A stretch of DNA of 64,000 bases from Rhizaria sp. SCN 62-66 (GCA_001724265.1 MEDY01000066.1:62001-126000); one strand, 5' to 3'. Shown: positions 48,901 to 61,759, numbered from the stretch's first letter. Translations and numbers: made by a program. Notes: a model not told the origin generated them from the sequence alone.

Positions 48901-50040
48901 GCGGTGGCCGCCGTGGCCGTGGACTTGCCCACGGTCGCGCTTAGCCGCAAGGAGCGACTCGCCCAGGCGCGCCAGCTCGCCGCCGACGCCGAGGCCAGGG
49001 CCGCGGCAGAGGCCAAGGCCGCCGTGGCGGCCGGCGATAACGCCGCCGTCACCATGGCCGGCGCGCTCGGCCTCTCCCTCAGTGGCGGTAGCAGTGGCAC
49101 TGCGAGTGTGAGTGATAAGGCGACGACGGGCGGCGGCGTCAAGCGCGCTTTGGAGAACGACAACACCAAGAGTGGCGACGACGACGACGATGAGTTTAGT
49201 GACAGCGAGATCAGCGTCGACGCTAATTCAGACTCTGACGCTGACTCGAGCTCCGACTCCGAGTCCGACGCCCCCGCTAACGTTAAGGGGGCCAAAGGCA
49301 AGCTCGCTAAGGGAGCTGCGCCCGCCGGCACCAAGGCTCAGGGCAAGGGCGCAGAGCAGTCCAAGGGCCAGGCTAAGGGCCAGAACAAGTCTTCTAAGGG
49401 CAAGTCTAAGGGCAAGCCCAAGGGCGGCAACAGCGACGACGACGAGGAGGAGGGCGAGGAAATCGACCTGGACGCCATCGCCGTGAGCGACAGCGAGGAC
49501 GACCACGACAACAACAGCGCCGTCAGTAAGAAGTCCAAGCTCGCGGCTGCGGCCACCTCGACGGACCCCGTCGTCGCCGCCGCGGCCGCGGCCGCCGCCG
49601 CTGCCGCTGCGGCCGCCGACAAGGCGCGCGCGGAGGCCCGCGCGCTGCGCCGCAAGAAGAAGGCCGTGTACTCGCTGCTCGACCGCGAGAAGCTCCACAT
49701 CAAGCTCGTCTTCGGCGACGACCCCAAGACGGCGCGCGCCAAGGCCGAGGCCGCGGCCGCTGCAGCGGCCGCTGCGGCCGCCGCCGCGCCGGTCAAGACG
49801 GAGGCCGAGCTGGCCGCCGAGGCCGCGGCCGCGAAGGCGCTGGCGCAGGCCGCGGCCGAGGCCGCCGCGGCCGAGGCGGCGGCGCGCGCGGAGGCCGAGG
49901 CCGCGCTGGGCGAGGCGGCCGCGATCGCGAAGCGCACACAGAGCCTGACGTACGCCGTCGAGACGGGCTCGCAGCGGCACAAGGTCAAGATGGTCGCGCC
50001 CAAGTACGGCAAGGGCTTCTTCAACGGCTTCAAGAAGTGA
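45990..50040 (+). CDS. WDR55: WD40 protein, WDR55/JIP5-like (ribosome biogenesis), ~1285 aa. Exons 45990-47930 and 48124-50040
   Basis: HADYICALAL...LVATSADAHFSVYDMRRG...DELTAVEV...SIDTIALVSD...GEDGL|VRL...VLGVVGIH...SIGFDGTVRFWE and C-terminal GFFNGF. Intron 47931-48123 GTACGT...TAG; TGA stop. Confidence 0.78.
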
Positions 50041-50458
50041 GCGCAAATGCAAGGACATGTGGGGAGTGCAATTTTATCAATACACATTGCTAGTGTCGTT
50101 TTACGCTTGAGAGGTTTATGCATGGCACTGTCAGTTGAATAGAATTTAGGATGTATTGTATTGAAAAAGAGGGAGAGATGACGCGCACAATGGGAACTAT
50201 CTATCTCTCGATACAAATATCTGTTTTTTGTTGTTGCTGTGACGCTCACATATCACTGCAAAGCGTCACAACAACTCTGCAACCACCGACAAACATACTG
50301 CCACTGCGAGTCCATTCACACTCTCGCCAGCAGCAGCGACAACAATCAAACAACGACGACGATGACGACGACAACGACAACAACAGGCCAAGCCTTATTA
50401 GTCTGCGCTTGTGCCTCTGCGTCACCTAACAGCGAAGCACGGCTGAGGGGCGCTTGGC

Positions 50459-51517
50459 TTAGAAGGTGAGGAGGTTGTCGACCTTCTTCTCGTCGAGCTG
50501 GTAGGCGTTCATCTGCTTGATGCGGAGGTGGCGCATCTTGTCCTCGGCCTTAACCACCTGGCGGGGGGTGACGGGGAGGACGGACTTGGGCACGCGGACC
50601 TGCAGGGGGGAGCAAGCAGGCACAAGCAGGCACAAGCAGGAGCAAGAGGAGAAATGTCGGAGCAAGAAGAGAAAACGAAGGAGAATTGAAGGAAGAAGTT
50701 AATGTGAGTATAGATCATCAAGGTGATAATTTTAGACGTTGAAACCAAGCATACCGATAATGAGTCGCATTTTACACACTATAGTAGAACAAGAGTTCAT
50801 AATGCGACTACATCAGAGCGCTATGTGCGTCTCGATGCCACGTACCTGCTCGTGGGTGAAGCCGTAGTTAATGTCACGGTACTCGGACTCCTCGTCCATC
50901 TTCTGCGCCTGCTCCGTGGGGGTCATAGGATAGAGCGTCTTCGGGCGCGGGGGCCACGTGTACTCGAACTCGGGCGCCGTGACGGGGGCCGAGGAAGGCA
51001 GGTTGGGGTCCTTCTCAGTGCCGGCAAGCTTGACGAGAGTGTTGATCTCGGCCTTGGCGGCGGGAGTCATCGGGGTCGCCTTCTTGGGGGCCGCGACGGT
51101 GGCAGCCTTCGTCAGCTGGGTCAGGCGCTCCTTGAGGGAGCCGGCCTGTGTAAGCGGGAGCGGGCAGCGGGCGTCAGGAAGGGTTGGGGACGCGACGGGA
51201 GTGGAACAAAGGCAGTGCAGTGGAAAGTGGGTGCAGAAAGGGGGAGGGATTCGAGGGGATAGAGAGCGGTAGAGCGAATGAGGAAAAATGGGAGAGAGTC
51301 GTGAGCGAGAGTTGTGATGGATAGCGCCGGTATGGGGCACGTGCACGGTCGCAGAGGGCCAGGGCGATGGCCAGGACGGGCGAAGCAAAGGGGGACAAGG
51401 TCACTGGGAGGGGACTAGAGCAGCACTCAAAGGGGTGTGGAAACGTACCTCGACAGAGCAGAGGAGCACAAGGAGTGCCACCACTGCAAACACACAACGC
51501 TTCAGCTGCATCTTCAT
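50459..51517 (-). CDS. Predicted secreted hypothetical protein, 169 aa. Exons 51517-51449, 51145-50846, 50599-50459
   Basis: Exon 1 encodes MKMQLKRCVFAVVALLVLLCSVE, which looks like a signal peptide. Two phase-0 GTACGT...CAG introns; strong codon bias; TAA stop. Confidence 0.8.
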
Positions 51518-51953
51518 TGCACCAGAAGCTTTACAACACCTGTGGGGAGCTGTGCAACCGATTTTAATGCCCGCTCGAGGGTCGTCTCAGTCAGAGCCCA
51601 GTCGGTCGGGCGAAGTTAGGCCGCGATCACTTTTTGATGGCCGGTCAGACAGAGCTTGACCAAGTGAACCACAAGAACTTGAATCTCGATCGAGAATTCA
51701 AAGTGCTCTGCAGGTAATCCGTTGTTCTCAAAAATAGTTTATGCACAGGACTGAAAACTTATTTTCCCATCTATTCTTCTTTTATATTCTTCGCAAATGG
51801 CATTATAGCCGGCGCTTCAGTCGGTTCTAAATTTCGACTTGTCGACTCTGCGAAGGCACACCGCCGACTCCACTCTGTCCCGAAGCGCTGCCGCCTCCCT
51901 CTCTGTACTCTAACGCCCACCAGCGCGCACCCGCGCGCCCTACGCACGTTACA

Positions 51954-54900
51954 ATGCCCCCACCTTGGCGCCGCGCGCTATGGTGGCTGCGCTGGTCTCT
52001 GCCGCTCGTTGCCGCGCTGCTCGCAGCCGTTGTCACCACGTCCGCAGCGTTTGCAGCCGAGCCCACTCCAGCCCCCGCGCACGCCACTATGACGTCCGCA
52101 GCCGCAGCAACTTCACCCACACAAGCCCCCGCGCTTGTTGCAAGTGTCAGCAACGTACTGAGCGGGGACAGAGCTGGCGGCGCTGATAGCAATAGTCCAC
52201 ATGACAAGACTGTTGTCACTCCCTCTCGGTTCGCTCGCGCGCAGCAGTACTTCACCGCACCGTCCAACTGGGACCACTACATCCTGCAGCTCCTTATCGG
52301 ACGCTACCACAGCTGGAACCACTTTACTGTGAAGCACCTGATCGTGTTCGTTTGCGCGGTCACGGCAACGCTGTACGTGTATATCATGATCAGCCGCTTC
52401 AAGGCGGTGCGCTTCGGCAAGTACTTGAACAAGATTGCGCCTATTCTGTTCCCCATGACACAAGACGGCCTTCCCTTGAACGGATTCGTCTCGATGATTG
52501 CCACGGTCAACGCGACGACGGCCATTCGCGCCGCGCGGCTCCTGTTTCCCGCGCCGCTGCAGCCCGACACCGCGGGCGCGCCCGCCGTCAAGCACTCGAA
52601 GGAGTACGCGAACTCTTACATCAGCAGTCAAACGCAGAGCACTCTAAGTGGCGCTGGTAGCGTTGTGAGCGACGCAGGGGATAAGCAGGGTGCGCGCGGC
52701 AGAGGCAGCCACAGCAACAACAACAGCGCTGCTGCTGCTGCTGCTGTTGCTGCTGAGACCGCGGCTGTTGCCGTTTTCGCAGGCAACAGGACTGTGTCTA
52801 TCCCCGTCTGGGCAACTCTGGCCCCGTATGCAAGCATTACCACGCTGTACAACACTCACAACGCTGCTTACAGTAGCAGTGTTGACAGCGTTAGCAACAA
52901 CAAACACATACCCTCGCACTCGCGCTTGCAGTCGCAGTTGCTCACTTCAGAGCAACACCTGCCACAGTGCGGCGCTGCTGGTGCTGCCACATTGACTGCC
53001 AACGCTAGCGCTGGTGTTGCTGCGTTGCCAGAGGCCACGGTGCCGGTTGCGGCTGTGGTCGCTGCTGCCGCAGCCCCCGTTGTTGCACAGGTACTTTCAC
53101 TTCGGATTTCTTTGCTAAATTTATGTCAATTTAACCAAAACGTACATTTTTTAATCCTATACTGTGCTTGTATATGAAATTTTACCCATTTTCTCAACAA
53201 TTGTATGAACATATTTTTAACTCTAATCTTTGTGTCTGTGCCGTCTCTCTCAGAGTCACATGGCTGGCTGGGCCTTGCTGTCCCCCACTGCGACCGGCTC
53301 AGTCACAGCATCAGCGCCCTCTATCACGAATAACACTGCTAGCAGCAGCAGCCATAGCGCGAGTATTGCCCACAACCAAGTCACGCTTGGAGGCATCAGC
53401 ACGAATATCGCCTCCTACGGCCATGGCAACAGTGCTGCCTTGAGTCCTGCCGCCGCGGCCTCGCCTCGCAGCGCCACGAGCGCGGGCGCTCACGCTCACG
53501 CCGGGGCAGTGAGCAGTGGCAGTAGTGACACCAGTCCCCGCTCCGGCGCCGGCGCTGCACCGCACGCCGCTTCCCCGCTCGCGCCCCATCACCAGTCCCC
53601 CACCCCCAAGAGCCCCCCCCCCGGCGCCGGCAACGCCGCCACGGCGCCTACCGCGGCCGCCAGCCCAGCCGCGGGCGAGGCCGCGGCGGGCGCCCTCACC
53701 GCATCCGCCCCTGGACTTGGCACCGGCCTCCCGACGTCGAGTTCGTTCGTGGTGGGCTCGGGGCGCGGCGCAGCGCGGCTGCCGCTGCTGCCTGTGCCAG
53801 TGTATGCGCACAACCACCCCTCGATGCGGCTGCTGCGTAACGCGCAGGCCAAGGCGCAGGCCGAGCAGCAGCAGCAGCAGGCGCAGCATACGCCGGCGAC
53901 GCCCGCCGTCGGCGCAGGCACAGGCGCGGCGGCAGCGGCGGCCAATGACGGCGGCAAGATGGGCCACGACGACGACGACGACGAGGCTGACGCCGAGGAG
54001 AAGGACGACACGGATCTCGGTGCGGCTGCGGCGGCTGCGGAGGCCGACGGCGATGGCGCTGGCGGCAAGAAGACGGCGGACAACGCCGCTGGCCTAGCTG
54101 CAGCTGATGAGAACGCTTTAACAGCAACAACGGCGACGACAGTGACAACGGCGAATGCCACCACCGGTGCCGCAGGCTCTGCTCCCGGCGGCGACACGAG
54201 TGGCTGCTGCTCGAGCTCCAAAGCCAAGCAGCCCCGGCGCAAGCTCACGCGCGCTGACAAAGCCAGCGTCATTGCTGCGCTGCCCATCACGCCAGCGCCG
54301 GCGCCCGCGCTTTCCTTGGCTCCGGAAGCGGCGGGTGCCGGCGACTCGGCCGCCGCTGCGGCGAGCAGGGGCGTAGTTGGCCCTTTAGGCACCTCGCTCG
54401 GCGATTCTGCAATGAGCAAGAACAGCCGTCCGGGGGCAGCAGCTCATGCTGGTGTGGCCGTGGCGAGCAGCGGTGTCGTGAAGTTTGTCGACAACAGCGG
54501 GCCAGTGCTGGTGGCGGTGCTGCTGCCATGCTCGCTGCCCACCATCACTCTCGACCCCTTGACTGAGAGCAATGTCAACAAGAGAGGCAACAATAATAAC
54601 TGTAAGACGAACAAGAGCTGCGTTCAGAGCGCGAGGGCGAATGCGAATGATAACCCGAACATGTTGAGTATCAACGTCCTTGGACCGGGTGTCAACAGCG
54701 TTGTCGGTGATTGCAACAATGATGCTGCCGTTCTTGGTTGTGGCGGCGTCGCTCGTGGCGCGAACAGTTTGAACCACAACATGGGCAGTGTTGCTGTGGA
54801 TGCCCCTCTTGCTGCGGCTGATGTTGCTGCTGCGTCTGCCAATGCGATCGTTCAGGAGGAGCTCGACGACGACGAAGAGGAGGAGGACGATGGTGTTCTG

Positions 54901-57798
54901 GTTTACAACTCGATTGCTGCCGCTAACATGAACTCTTTGAATAACAACGCGAATGCTGCTGCTGCTGCTGTTGGCGGCGGCGTTTACGCTGCTCCAACGG
55001 CGGCAACAACCACCACGGGCGCGCCTCTCAACAGTGATCACGCTCTGCATCAGCCGAAGCCGCAGTCGCAGTTGCTTTATTCTCATTCGCAGCTGCAGCA
55101 GAGACTTGGCCTCGGCCTCGGCCCTGACCAGCAAGCACAGACTCAAACGCAGACCCAAGCACGGACGCAGGAGCCAGCGCAGGGACAGGGTTCCGGCTTG
55201 AGTCAAGGGCCAGGTCCTCGGCAACGGCGGCGCAACAAGCACAACTGCACTGGAGGCTATGCTGCCGGTGCTGGCGCGAGCCGCCGCCCGGAGTGGCGGT
55301 TCAGTCCCATCGCGCTGTCGGCAATGCAGAGCGCGACCGCTGTTGCCGCGCCCGCCGCCATCGCGACTGCGCCCGTTGCGCCCGAAACCATGTACACGAC
55401 CGCGCTCCCGCAGCCACTGCCGCAGTCTCAACAGCCCCAGTCAGAGGCTGGGACGGCGGCGGTGGCAACATCTGTCGGCGGCAGTGACCCCGTGAGCGGC
55501 GTCGTCACTGGAGCGGACGCGGGCGCGGCGGCGGCACTGTGGGCGCTGCTGGGCGACGCGTTCGCGACGCTGGAGCGCGACTGCTCGCTCTGCGGCGGGC
55601 TCCCGCTGCCGCTGCCGCAGCCGCTGCCGCTGCCGCAGTTTTATACGCAGTTGCAGCCGCATGTGGTGGTGTCGCTGAGTCGGTCGGGCGGGTATAACCC
55701 GATTTACCCTCCGCATTGCCACTCGCACGCCGCGGACGCTGTCGCGCACGGCGTTGGACTGCGAGTGAGCGAGTACCACGGCTGCCCTCAGTGCGGGAAC
55801 GGGTCTCTGCGCAAGAGCAAGCACAGTCATCATAACCACCGTCATCACAGCAGCGCAGTTAACAGCGCCGTCAATAGCCCGAACAAGCAGTTCAAGCACG
55901 TTATTTCGAGCTATAACAACACTGGCACAACGCTCTACTCACACCAGCAGCAGCAGCTCCAGCAGTTGCAACAGCAGCAGCAGCAGTACCATGCTCACAG
56001 CCCGAGCCGCATCGTCGCCGACCGCGGCCTCAGCTCTGACCGTGAGCAGCACAGCCCCGACCGCGCCCACGGTCGCGACCGTGAGCAGCGGTCGCAGCAG
56101 CCGTATCGGCCGCAGTATCAGCGCGGGCGCGACCGCGGGCGCTGGGCCAGCCGATCCGTGGCGATGGAGGGCGCGACCGTGAGCGACATCGGCGGGCACA
56201 GGGTCTCGCTGTTGCCACTGTTCGCACCTCCGTCACCGCAGCCTGTACAAGCGCCCATCCAACAGCAACATCTGCATCAGCAGCAACAACCTCAGCCCAT
56301 GCAACCGCTGGCAGCTATTGCAGGCCCTCCAGTCGTGAAGTCTCTCGCAACGGCGACGGCGAAAAACAGCGCGAGCACCGCGAGCGCGAGCGCGAGCGCG
56401 AGCACAAGCACCGCGGCCAGTTCGTGGTGTTTGCACAAGTGCGTGACGGAGACGCTGTCTTGCCGCTGTTTGCTCACACTCACGTCTTTTGCCGCACCGC
56501 CGACACCGCCTTTTGCGGATCCTCCCACTGCATCTGACAACAGCAACGCTGATGGCACTACACAAGCACAGCAGCAGCTCCCGTCGTCATCGTTGCCACA
56601 GCCACGGCCGCAGCCGCGCCTGCTGCCGCCGCCCGCGGCCCCGCAGCCCCCGCGCGTGTCGGTCCCCTCGGCGCCGCTGCTGCTCTCGTACCCGCGTCTG
56701 CTCGCCGCGCTACCCACGGTCACGCGCTGGGTCGTCGCGCGTGCGGTCGCGCCCGCCGCCGCCGCCGCGCGCGCCGCTCTTAACGCAGCCGTCTCCGACA
56801 ACAGTTTCAATACCAGCGCGAATGCCAGCGTTACATTGCCGTCAGGCGCAAATGCACGCGTGAGCGGGCGCGAGCGCGAGCAAGAGCTCGGGTTCGAGGA
56901 GCAGCAGCAGCTGTGGCTGCGTGCGCGGCGGCGCCACGAGGCCCGCGCTGAGCTGCTGCGGGCGCAGTCGCGCGCGCTGCGGCGGCCGGGGCTGTTGTGG
57001 TGGCATCCAGACCCGCAGCGCCGCGGCGGCGGCTTCGGCGGCGACCTGGCCCGGCTGCTGCTCACGGTGAGCGCCGCCGCCGGGATCGGCAGCGAGGGCC
57101 TCGGCGCGACTGCGGCGGCGGCGACTCAGAACGAGCATGCTGCTGCTCATGCTGGCGCTGGCCACAGCCGGAGCGCAAGTGATGGTGAGCTGTTCAGTGC
57201 GAGCGCGGGCGCGGGTGCGAGTTCGAGTGTGAGTGAGGGTTCCAGTGGCGATGGTGGTGCCAGACAGCGAAGTGTTGATGAGCTAGCATATGCCTATGCA
57301 TACTCGAGCTCTGCGTGTGCGCAGTCGCTTGCACCTGTGCTCCTGTCTCTCTACGCGTTGTACTCCGCTTCCGTTCCAATCCCGCATACTCACAACTTTG
57401 GTAACAGCACAAGCGCTCCTTCTAACGAGGTGACTGTGAGCAGCATGGGTACCGCTGTCACGGGCCAACTGACCGTTAGCCATCAAGATCTCCACTTGGC
57501 GCTCCACTTGCTGATCGCTCTTGCCCGCTGCACGCGGCGCGAGGCGTGGCGCGCGTACCATTCCGCGGCGGCCACTGCGGCGGCGGCAGCGGGCGCGGTT
57601 GCCGCGGCGGAGGCGGCGGAGGCCGAGGCTGAGGCTGAGGCAAGGGCCAGGGCCGAGGCGCAGGCTGAGGCTGAGGCGGAAGCTGCAGCCGCGGAGGCTG
57701 AGGCGGAGGCGCGGGCTGAGGCCGAGGCAGCTCATATGAGCTATAGCTACGTCAATCGCGACGGTAGTTTCTATGGCTATCGGTAGTACCCCAAGTAA
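51954..57798 (+). CDS. Large hypothetical membrane protein (signal peptide, one TM helix, long low-complexity region), ~1890 aa. Exons 51954-53090 and 53254-57798 (ends at 57786 if TAG is a stop)
   Basis: Hydrophobic N-terminus and a TM segment (LIVFVCAVTATLYVYIMI). Intron 53091-53253 GTACTT...CAG joins the two ORFs in frame. Ends CGG TAG TAC CCC AAG TAA. Confidence 0.7.
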
Positions 57799-58120
57799 CT
57801 CGAATAGACTTGTCAACATTGACAAGAACTTGTACATTTTAAAAATAACTCTTTATTTAGCAACGGTGTATTCTTTATCTAGCACGTTTAATACAACAAT
57901 TGTTTCCATCTTCTAGGTTTTAATACGGAGTGGTATTACAAGCATGACACACGTACGTGTTGAGGTAAAATATAATATTACATTGTATGTATAAAGTGAC
58001 CTGAGTAACAATGAAGCATGAAAACAAGAAATTAATAAATTACTTACACAAATATCAAATAACAATACTAACGGAGTCATAAACAACAAGTCTACACAGC
58101 ACGACGCATCGCTGTTGCGT

Positions 58121-61036
58121 TTAGTGACGTGCAATGAGCGGGAGAATATCCTCCTCTTCCTTGCCCTTCCCGCCGAAGTCCTCCCACTTGTAGACGACAA
58201 TGCCGACGGGAATGAGTACCACCGCGGCGATGGTGAATGCGTCCAGCTCCTGCGCATGCGAGCCCACCAGTGCGGTCGACGAAAAAGCCAGCGCAGACAG
58301 CGGCGTGACGAGCGTGTTCGCGATGGCCTGGAACGCCGCGCTCTCGTGCTTGACAACAACGGCGGCGACGTAGAAGTAGACGACGATGCAGAGCACAAAG
58401 CCGATGACGGGCGCCCACGCGCCGGCCTGGCACCCGGGCGGCAGGTTGTCGGGCGAGTTGCCGTGGAAAAAGCACTGGAACGCGAGCTTCTGGATCTCCA
58501 TCGTGGGCAGCGCGGCAAGCTCGGGAAGCTGACCAGGGCTATGACGGTCCAGCGGCGCCATGGAAGCGTAGCCAAAGAGCGTGAGCAGGTTCGTAAAGGC
58601 GAGGTAGTGGATCTCGTCGGCGTGGTGTGGCGCCGAGAACGCGACTTCCTCGATTACGTTGACGAGCGCCGAGGGGATATCGGAGAGCAGGAAGATAAAG
58701 GTCCAGAACGGCGAGTCCATGCCGCTCACGGTCGCGCCGGAGACAACGGCGCCCGCGGCCCTGGCCGCCGCCTTGGCCGCCTTGGACGAGTGGTGGCCTG
58801 CCGTCGCGGCCGCCGCCGACGCCGTGGAGACCAGCGCGTCTGACGCGGACGACGCTGAGGACAAAAGAGCGTCCACAGCGGCGGTCGCCTCGCCGGACCA
58901 GGTCTGCGCGAGCAAGGGCAGCAGCGGCAGCACCGAGGCGAAGACGACGATCGCGGCGCCGATGACCTCGACCTTGGAGAACTTGTGTCCACGCAGCATC
59001 CACGCGAAGAGCGCGGTGAGCGGCAGCGTGAGCTGGTTGATCACGCTCTGCAGCGCGCCGGACACGTGCGGGTCCGCGAACTGGGAGCACGCGCCACCCA
59101 CGGTCACGAGTGCGCCGACGAGCAGGTACACGCGGCCCAGGCCTGTGGTCAGCAGCGGCGCCAGCGAGGACGGCGGCAGCGGCTTCGGCTTCAGGCAGGA
59201 GCGGGTCGCTACGGGAATGTTCACGTTAGCGTTGCTGTTACTGACAGTAGTAATGGCGTTGTTGTTGTTGTTGTTGCTGTTGCTGTTGGCGCTGGTGAGA
59301 GGAGTTTTGAGGTTGAGCTCAGTGATGGTCGGGGTATTCGTGAACGAGACAGTCTTGTTTGCCTTAGCAGCACCGTTGCTCGAGTTGGCGTTCAAGTTCC
59401 CCACATCATCATCGCTGTTGATGTTGTTCAGCAGGTTGTTCTGACTGCCCGACAGCGACGACGAAGACGACAGCAGCAGCGGCATCATTTCGTTTTCGAC
59501 CTCACCTCCACCCGGGCTCGCGCTACTGCTGCTGTTTTTGTTGTTGCGCAGGAGCTCCTCCGGCGTCAGCGCGCGCGTGCCCTCGTCGTTGTACCCAATG
59601 GAGCGGTTCCACTTGACCGCAGCGGCCGTGTTGGCGCGCTGGCGCAGCGCCCACCACACGCAGTAGATGACGACGTAGAGCAGCGTGGTGAAGTACAGCA
59701 GGAATGAGGGGTAGCCTACCATGGCGTGGCCCATCTTGACGAACATGACATTGTTGAGCACGCCCGCGAACGCGCTCAGCGCAACGAGAAAGATGAGGCG
59801 GAACACGCGGAACTCGTCCTCTTCCTCGTCCTCATCGGAGTCGTAATCCGATGAGTCCGAGTCCGAGTCAGCGCGGGCGTCGGCGCGGCGACCCTTGTCC
59901 TCGCCCTCGCCCTCGTGGCCGCCGTCGCCGCTTCTCGCGTGGTGGCGGCGGTGCGAGTGCGAGCGCGAGCGGGACCGCGAGCGCGACTGCTGCCGCGAGC
60001 GCCGCTGACTTCCGCTGCCGCTGCCTCTGCCGCTGGGCTTGGCCTTGGCAGCGCGGTGGTGGCCGGCGCGAGACCGCGACTGAGACTGGCCGTGACGAGG
60101 ACATGCGGACACGTCGTCGCTCGCAGCGCTGCCCGCAGCAAGGCCGTCGGTCGAGCCGTAGCCGCTGGAGCTAAGACTGCTGCTCAGGCTGCTGCTGCTG
60201 CCATTGGTGTTGTTGTTGCAGGTGCAAGGCGGCTTGCCGTCCCCGTCTTCCTCTTGGTCTTCGTCGTCGTTATTGGAGCTGTTGTCATCCTCGTCGTAGT
60301 CGTAGTCGTAGCCGTCGTTGCGGTGACGGCTGCGGCGCTGACTGCGGCTGCGGCTGTGACCGCTGCGGCTGAGAGGGACAGCGTTGTCGGAGTCCGAGTC
60401 AGACTGGTAATGCAGGATATTGCTCTGTCCCGCATCATCATCGCTTCCGTTCACAGCACGGCGGTTAGCGTTGTTGTTCGCGTTACTACTACTACTACTA
60501 CTACTGCTGCTGCTGTTGCCGTAGCCTGACTTGCTGCCGTTCTCGTCGAGATCGAGGTCGAGCACTGCGTTCGTGAGCCGAGCCTTGCGGAAACACAGCG
60601 AGATGAGCGCATCGGGGCAAAAGACCCACCAGAAGGTCGACTTGCGGATGAACACAACGCTGAGGTCGCAGTTGACGCGGGCAGCGCGGCGCCGGCTGCT
60701 GCTCCGGTTGCCGGACTTGCTGTTACTCTTGCCATTGCTCTTGCTACCATTGCTGTTGCTGCTGCTGTCAGCCGCCGCCGCAGCAGCAGGACTCGCAGCG
60801 GTAACAGCGTTAGCAGTCACAGCACTATCACTGACAGCAGCTGGAGAGGCTTGCTCGCGGACACGGTTGTCGCCGTCGTCGTAGTGGTCGTCGTTGGTGG
60901 CCGAGGCAAAGGAAGGAGACGAAGGCGACGGCTCGGGCCTCAGAGCCGCAGAAGAGAGCGCGGATGAAGACGCGCTCGACGGGATGCCCTCCGCAGCGTC
61001 GCCATAGCCCGTTGAGGAGACGGGAGGAGCGCTCAT
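58121..61036 (-). CDS. CRT-like (chloroquine-resistance-transporter-like, DMT superfamily) transporter, 971 aa
   Basis: About 10 TM segments: GVLNNVMFVKMGHAMVGYPSFLLYF, PHVSGALQSVINQLTLPLTALF, IPSALVNVIEEVAF, AFQCFF..G...LPPGC, VVKHESAAFQAIANTL. TAA stop. Confidence 0.8.
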   Translation of the reverse strand: MSAPPVSSTGYGDAAEGIPSSASSSALSSAALRPEPSPSSPSFASATNDDHYDDGDNRVREQASPAAVSDSAVTANAVTAASPAAAAAADSSSNSNGSKSNGKSNSKSGNRSSSRRRAARVNCDLSVVFIRKSTFWWVFCPDALISLCFRKARLTNAVLDLDLDENGSKSGYGNSSSSSSSSSSNANNNANRRAVNGSDDDAGQSNILHYQSDSDSDNAVPLSRSGHSRSRSQRRSRHRNDGYDYDYDEDDNSSNNDDEDQEEDGDGKPPCTCNNNTNGSSSSLSSSLSSSGYGSTDGLAAGSAASDDVSACPRHGQSQSRSRAGHHRAAKAKPSGRGSGSGSQRRSRQQSRSRSRSRSHSHRRHHARSGDGGHEGEGEDKGRRADARADSDSDSSDYDSDEDEEEDEFRVFRLIFLVALSAFAGVLNNVMFVKMGHAMVGYPSFLLYFTTLLYVVIYCVWWALRQRANTAAAVKWNRSIGYNDEGTRALTPEELLRNNKNSSSSASPGGGEVENEMMPLLLSSSSSLSGSQNNLLNNINSDDDVGNLNANSSNGAAKANKTVSFTNTPTITELNLKTPLTSANSNSNNNNNNAITTVSNSNANVNIPVATRSCLKPKPLPPSSLAPLLTTGLGRVYLLVGALVTVGGACSQFADPHVSGALQSVINQLTLPLTALFAWMLRGHKFSKVEVIGAAIVVFASVLPLLPLLAQTWSGEATAAVDALLSSASSASDALVSTASAAAATAGHHSSKAAKAAARAAGAVVSGATVSGMDSPFWTFIFLLSDIPSALVNVIEEVAFSAPHHADEIHYLAFTNLLTLFGYASMAPLDRHSPGQLPELAALPTMEIQKLAFQCFFHGNSPDNLPPGCQAGAWAPVIGFVLCIVVYFYVAAVVVKHESAAFQAIANTLVTPLSALAFSSTALVGSHAQELDAFTIAAVVLIPVGIVVYKWEDFGGKGKEEEDILPLIARH

Positions 61037-61759
61037 TTGCGGTCAGGCAGAGTAGCGGCGATGGCGCGAGAGGGGGCCGACAGGAGGCGGGAAGGGACTG
61101 AGTCGCCGGGGAGAAATGAAACAGTTGTGTTTACGTTGGAGTTAAGAACAAATCAAAAGAAAAGCGCGGTTGTAGAAGGTTCTGCGCAAGGATAAATAAG
61201 TAAAATGGAGAAAGCCACTTAAAGTGAGGCAGGAGAGTCACTGGGAGCGAGGTAAAGAAGTGCATGCGGCGTCGGCGTCGGCTCATCCATGTGCGCGGTT
61301 ATTTTGCTATGACCCGACGCATATAGCTTGTGTTGCAAAAAATCATTTTAATATCATACATTGAACGCAAATTTCACCCGTTTTTGCAGGGCCTCATACG
61401 GGACTTACGAGTTGATATTGAGATATCTCTCTTTTTAGTTGGCCCCTCCAACGAGTCCAACCCTACGGCGCATTTTTTTGTGCGCTGCTGTCGCAAAATT
61501 GCCATTACGTTGACGCAAACATGGCAGGACAAATCACTGTGAAGCAAAAATTTGAGATGTTATGTAGAAAACATCGCATCATGTATTATTAAACGCACGG
61601 TTTGACCAAAAGGAGCGGATATCCCGCCGTATCCTTCTTAAAACAGTTTCTATGTAAAATCTCTGGGCCCGACATCCTTGCTATATCACAACAAGAAGGC
61701 ATGTCAAGACACAACCCGTGCGTATTTCTTCGGTTTCTGGTGTGAATCACATGCTATAC

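Noticed and set aside
23686-61036. Phytochelatin synthase plus CRT-like (thiol-transporter family) gene as a metal-detox cluster
   Set aside because: They are about 33 kb apart with many unrelated housekeeping genes between them; there is no evidence of clustering.
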